DNA of 64,000 nucleotides from Paecilomyces variotii (lineage: Eukaryota), in the NCBI GenBank assembly GCA_004022145.1, contig RCNU01000002.1; one strand, written 5' to 3'. This document shows, piece after piece, positions 58,967 through 64,000 of the stretch (position 1 is the first letter of the stretch; each line of letters opens with the position of its first letter). A program made the position numbers and the translations under genes. The notes beneath the pieces were generated by a model. That model searched no databases and was not told the origin of the DNA. It saw only the letters and a list, made by a program, of their open reading frames with translations.

Positions 58967-61900
58967 TCAAGGTGTTGCGCGGCTCATGCTGATCAGTCGC
59001 TTAACACCAACCTGCAACGGACTGGTCAATATCGACTCCCATTCAATATACACGTAAAGGAATCACTTACCATCCAGTTGCCACATTCGTCTGTCCGGTT
59101 CGTCAGAATATCCACGTGGATGGCCCGGGCAGTCTCGTAGTCACGTGCTTGGATGGCACGCGACAGTTCGGCCATGTCTGCCACCGTGTTGGGCTTGAGC
59201 AGATCCTCATTGTTCAAGTGGTCGAACAGAATGTTCAGCCGCCGTTCCGCATCTTCCACCTGTGCCTTGAACGAGGAGGGGGCACGAGACTTGACTCGCT
59301 GCATCTCGCCGGACAGGATCTCGTAGATTGGCAAAGCATTTGCGGGAATGTGGGAGCGGTCTCCAGGCGCTGAGCAGCAGTTAGTACTCAAGTAGATTTA
59401 TAATTCTGAGAGGCCGGACTTACGGTATTTTGGAGGAGCAGGCGGCTCCCGCTGCGATTGCGCAGTGCCCGGCCTCGAAGGTTGGGAAGGTGGTGCCTGC
59501 GGCGGAGCTTGCTGAGCGGGAGGAGGCGGGTTCGAGGCATATGGGTTTGGAGGCGGCGGCTGCTGGAACTGCTGTGGTGCGTATGGTCCACTAGCCTGGG
59601 GAGGAGGCGGTACAGGGCCTCGAGCCTGGAGCTGGGGTGTTGAGGGCTGCGACGCAGGGCTCGGGGCGTATCTATTCGATGGTGGCGGGCCAGCGGGAGG
59701 TGCATTATACGGGGAAGGACCCCGCTGAACAGGCGGGGGGACCATGCCCGTAGCGACGGGCGGCGACTGGGGGATGGCAGCATACGGGTTCATGGCCGTT
59801 GCTGAAGTAGGTCTTGAGGGCGGCGATGTGACACGAGGCGGAGGAGCAGGACCCTTTGGCGGTGGCCCAACAGGAGGAGTACCCCTTCGTGCAGCAACCG
59901 GAGGACCAGGGGGTGGAGGCCCTTGGAAGCCCGTGGGAGACTGGTTGGGGAAGGGGGAGCTTATCGCAGTGGTACCAGCTGGGGTTGACCTTCGCGGCGC
60001 AGTAGGCCGAGCGAAGCCCTCTGGCAGGTCGTTCCATGCAGGGAGGTTCGTGGCCGTGGTGTACGTAGTAACAGTGGTAGCTGGGGACTGGCTGGAGGCA
60101 CGAGGGGGAGGAGGAATAGAAGAGCTATACGAATGGCCAAAAGACTGAGGAGGCGGGGGGACTGCAGCCGACCTCATCTGCTGCTGAGGTTGGTAACCAG
60201 CAGGCTGATAGCCAGTAGGCGTGTAGCCTCCAGCGGCGATGGAAGCATAAGGATTAGTTGGCTGAGCAGCAGGGACAGGGGCAGCCGCAGCCGGAGTAGG
60301 AGGCGCGTAAGGGTTTACTGCCGGAGCTGGAGTGCCTGCGGGAGAGAACGTAGGCTGAGGAGGTTGGTATAGGTTCGGCTGTGCCAAAGGCTTGGAAGCG
60401 ACTCGCGCCGCAGGGCCGGTAGCCTGGGCTGCCTTCGCAGCAGCCGGTCTGGTCGCCAACTTGATCCGGTTCCTCGCGACTTCGGCCTCAGAATGCTTCT
60501 CAGGAACGAGACTGAGGTACTTCTCCGCGATCTCCAGGCGACCATGAGTTGCTGCAACATCAGCATACTCCACATACTTGTCGTAGAGCAGGCCCAGTCT
60601 CCAGTCAGACTCCTTTTGGCGTTCCGTGTCTTCAAACTTGGTGACCTGGCGGAACAGGGTCACCTTCTCGATCAGGCCCTGCAGAGCACGGACATGGACA
60701 GAAAAGCTGGAGTCATCGGTGCCGGCGTCTAGACCTTCTTTTTCGTTCTCCCGGAGCTCGTCGATCCAGATTGCGACCACCTTCTCCAGCTTCGATCCAA
60801 CCATGTAGCAGAAGGATGCGTCTTTACGGGAAGCCTTGTCACCTGTGGCTCTGATTTGCTCCTCGATCCGGTCACCAAGCGCCTCGCAGAGATCCGAGAA
60901 CTCCTTCTCATCCGCGAAAGAGCAGAGAGCTGCCATAACCTCCTTCCAGTTGGAAAGATCGGCGTTATGCACGACATCCCACAGGTTCTTGCCCACGATG
61001 GAAGCGAGAAGGCGCAGGTAGTTGGGACCGCCGGCCTGCTTGGAGAAGTAAACTTCCTGGGCCTTCTCGATGCACTTCTGGCCCCCGCAGATAGCAATCA
61101 TGAAAGCGTCAGACATCCGGTCCTCTTCGAGAGCGACGTCGAGGGCCTTCTCGAACTCGCCGAGCAGAAGAGCCCGCGTGATCCGCCTGTCAGCTTCAGA
61201 CTCAGAACCAGTGTAGATGCTGAAGGGGTTGTTAGTTCTGGCACCCTTCGATGCTGCCAGATCTGTCAGGAACTCCTCTCCCTCCGTGCTTGTCTCGAAT
61301 ATAGACGTGATTCGTTTATGCTTCTTGGCTCCCGGCCCGCGGGACTCCTTGTCCTCAGTCACTCCGTTAGTTTCCTCCTTTCCTAATCCGAGCTTGGCGA
61401 TGCCGTCAGCGGCTTCATCAGTCTCATTCGAGAATCCAAGGTACTCCAAGAGACCCTTTCTAGGGTTCTCGGAGAGCAAAGTCTCGATAACCTTCCAGTC
61501 GGCCTTTTCTTCCTCTGAGCGAGCAGCAGAGATTCTCGTTTCGCAGATGCTCCGCAGGTCTCCTTCCTTCAATGCCGTCTCGAAAGTTTCGGTGGCCTTC
61601 CCGACAGATTCATCCACTTCGAAAGGTGTGATCTTGACTGTCGAGGAACGCTTTCCCTTCTCCGTCAGTCCCACAGAGACAACCCTTCCGCCGAAACCGA
61701 AGGCAGCAGAAGACGGACGTTCCAGCCACTTGGGGGCCTTTGGCAGCGAGAACGTTGATATCTGCGGCTGCGTCTGGGCCTTGGCGAAGAAATCCTCATC
61801 ATCAAGAGTCTGGTTCTGGCTGGCAAGCGACTGCGCAGCCTCATTGCTAGTGCTCTGGATCGTCTGAACAGAGATTCTTCCGTCGAACGAGGCGGTAGCG

Positions 61901-63123
61901 AAGAAGTTGGGGTTGTGAGGGTTCCAGCGAGTCTGGAAGGTCCAGTTCGTGACGACGGGGAACTCTCCGTAGGCCACGCCCGTCTGCGGGTTCCAACAGA
62001 GAGTGCGGTTGTCCTTTCCGGAGGAGAGAAGCAAGTCCGGATCGTGAGTACACCAGGAGAGGGACAGGACACCGGATTCATGTCCTTTCAGAGTCTATAG
62101 ACTGTCAGCCGTATGCGACGGTCACGGCGGGCACGAACTTACTCTTTCTGGGGCATGTGAGTTACGGAGATCCCAGACAAGAATGACGGGATCTGACTCC
62201 AGAGGAGTAGCGGTGATCAATTTAGTTGGCTGTTCCAGGTCAGAGCGAGTCCACAGCAGGTTCTGAGTACTCGTACCTTCTCCGGGTCCCAGGCCACGGC
62301 GCTGACGGCTTTCCGGCCGAGGTTGTTCAGCGTCAGACTCTCCTTCTTTGTCTTAACATCCCAGACGGTCACGAAGCCTGCGCTGCTTCCAGTGACCATG
62401 ATATGGGCGACCTTCTTGTTCCAATCCAAGCACTCAATGTCATCAGCGCGGGCTGCAGTATTTCCGAGGCGGAATGGGTTGTCGAGGTTGTTAATATCAT
62501 TGATGTAAAGCTGCGAACGAGTCAGTGTGCTCCGATGCGGGACATTGACTCCTGATTGTAGGGCTGTGACCGTACCTCTCCTTTCGCTCCTCCGGTGGCC
62601 AGGAGGTTCGAGTGTCGGGGGTTGAACTGGAGGGCCTTGATCGCTCCTGTATGCTTGCTGGTTCTCGAGACGAGAGGGTCACTGGAGAGAATTAGGTCAT
62701 GTCGATAACTCTACGTAATTTGTCCTCGTACCTTGCTCCGCTGAGCAGCTTGTCGGCATCCCAGATATCCAAGGAGCCGTTCTCTAGACCACCGGCGATG
62801 ACACCTCGCGTATTATCATCGGACTCTGCCCAAGCCAGGTCATTGAACCTGTAAGCGAATTAGATCCCGATCATCTCTCCATGCAACCTGTATTATCGAT
62901 TCGAATAGCCATACCCTGAGTCGGTGGAAACCTTGGCGGTGGGTTGCAACTCCGTGCCCGCGTCCTCGCGATCCAACCCCAGATCCCAGAGCTCGAGGCA
63001 CGTCTCATTCGAGAAATTAACATCGACTGCCCCTGCTCGGGTTCCGGTCGCGATCAAGGGCGATTTGGCACCGGGAGACCAAGCGAAGGTGGCCGTCCGG
63101 GGAATTTCCCTTAGACGGACCAT
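58967..63123 (-). CDS. SEC31: COPII coat protein Sec31; introns 62914-62849, 62731-62682, 62575-62511, 62276-62230, 62142-62095, 59423-59370, 59070-59012
   Basis: [19 protein letters not shown]40 repeats, [21 protein letters not shown]1 region, Pro-rich region, and C-terminal GDRSHIP...[21 protein letters not shown]. Confidence 0.96.
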
Positions 63124-63599
63124 ACTGACTGATGACGGAACGTTCTGTATGGGGTTTAACAATAGGCCGTAGCAGGAAGACGTATCATGAATAAAATCCG
63201 CAATGGAAATTTAGAACAAAAAGAAGGACAGCCGGAATATGGCAGGATGCCCTTTTCTTCCCAGAAGCACCCTGGAAGGGGTGTAGAGATGGCTGGAAAT
63301 GCGACACTGGACAGCAACAGTAAATACCGGGATGCCTCCAAGTGTCCTTCTGGATGCGATCTTGGGGCAACTCACGACTAGTTCACACGCTAGCCTGCGC
63401 GCGCGGGTCCCCGGCACGTGATACCGTCTTTTCGGGTCCCGTTCAGAGACAGCGATGGAGGGACTCGAGGAGGATAATTATACATATAAGTTAGATAGTG
63501 TCTGACAGTCTCTCGCGACCACGCTGCTCCAGTCTTACAGCGTCCATCTACTGTCTTTGTGTGGCCTAGTAGAAAAACAGAAGGGCCTCATCCTCCACC

Positions 63600-64000
63600 A
63601 TGTCGGAAGCAGAACGCCTCAAAGCAACCGTCTATGTGGGCGGGCTCGACCAAGCGGTTACCGCTCACACGCTGACCGAGGCCTTCCTCCCCTTCGGCGA
63701 GATCGTCGATATCTCTCTCCCCAAGCCTGATCTGCCCTCATCGACCGATCTGCACAGGGGCTTTGGCTATGTCGAATTCGAATTTCCCCCGGATGCCAAG
63801 GAAGCGATCGATAACATGGACGGAAGCGAACTGTACGGCCGGACGATCAAGGTAGCGGCTGCCAAACCGCAGAAGGATAGCAACGAAGGACTGGGTAGCA
63901 AGACTGCAATTTGGGAACAGGTTGGTTTTATTACTGTGCTACTCGACCTTGGCATTAGCAACTTACTGACTACGCATCCTACAGGAGGGCTACCTGGCCA
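63600..64000 (+). CDS. Cyclophilin E (PPIE/Cyp33)-type RRM protein, 3'-truncated; intron 63921-63984
   Basis: TVYVGGL (RNP2), PFGEIVDISLP, HRGFGYVEF (RNP1), AIDNMDGSELYGRTIKV..AKP. Absent from the ORF track. Confidence 0.85.
   Translation, partial: MSEAERLKATVYVGGLDQAVTAHTLTEAFLPFGEIVDISLPKPDLPSSTDLHRGFGYVEFEFPPDAKEAIDNMDGSELYGRTIKVAAAKPQKDSNEGLGSKTAIWEQVGFITVLLDLGISNLLTTHPTGGLPG

Noticed and set aside
13058..63123. Apparent functional cluster of secretory (SEC62, SEC17, SEC31) or peroxisomal (acuJ, PEX14/17) genes
   Set aside because: The genes are tens of kb apart and interspersed with unrelated ones, which is ordinary housekeeping synteny.

Overview
Eukaryotic, intron-containing DNA from a filamentous ascomycete; gene content and intron style point to Eurotiales (Aspergillus/Paecilomyces-like, inferred). 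It is a gene-dense housekeeping block of about 23 protein-coding genes: carnitine acetyltransferase (partial, PTS1 -AKL), a PRISE-like SDR, a PH-domain protein, SEC62, MTC6, ARH1, DUF726, a GatF/GatC-like protein, SEC17, TSR1, UTP7, ureG, ptaB/MFG1, an Msp1-like mitochondrial AAA ATPase, a Gag1/DUF4050 protein, Mus7/MMS22, IES2, PEX14/17, SEC31, a cyclophilin-E-type RRM (partial) and several conserved hypotheticals. Many genes sit head-to-head. I found no transposon, tRNA/rRNA, CRISPR array or secondary-metabolite cluster, and no clearly novel multi-gene system. The best leads are: a spliced PIGBOS1-like membrane microprotein that the ORF track misses; a candidate alternative first exon of IES2; sharp C/A-rich to G/T-rich strand-skew switches in the SDR and ureG genes; a uORF overlapping the ptaB start; and MCB, E-box and FarA-type promoter motifs. 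Exon boundaries were read by eye and family calls come from motif recognition, not database searches.
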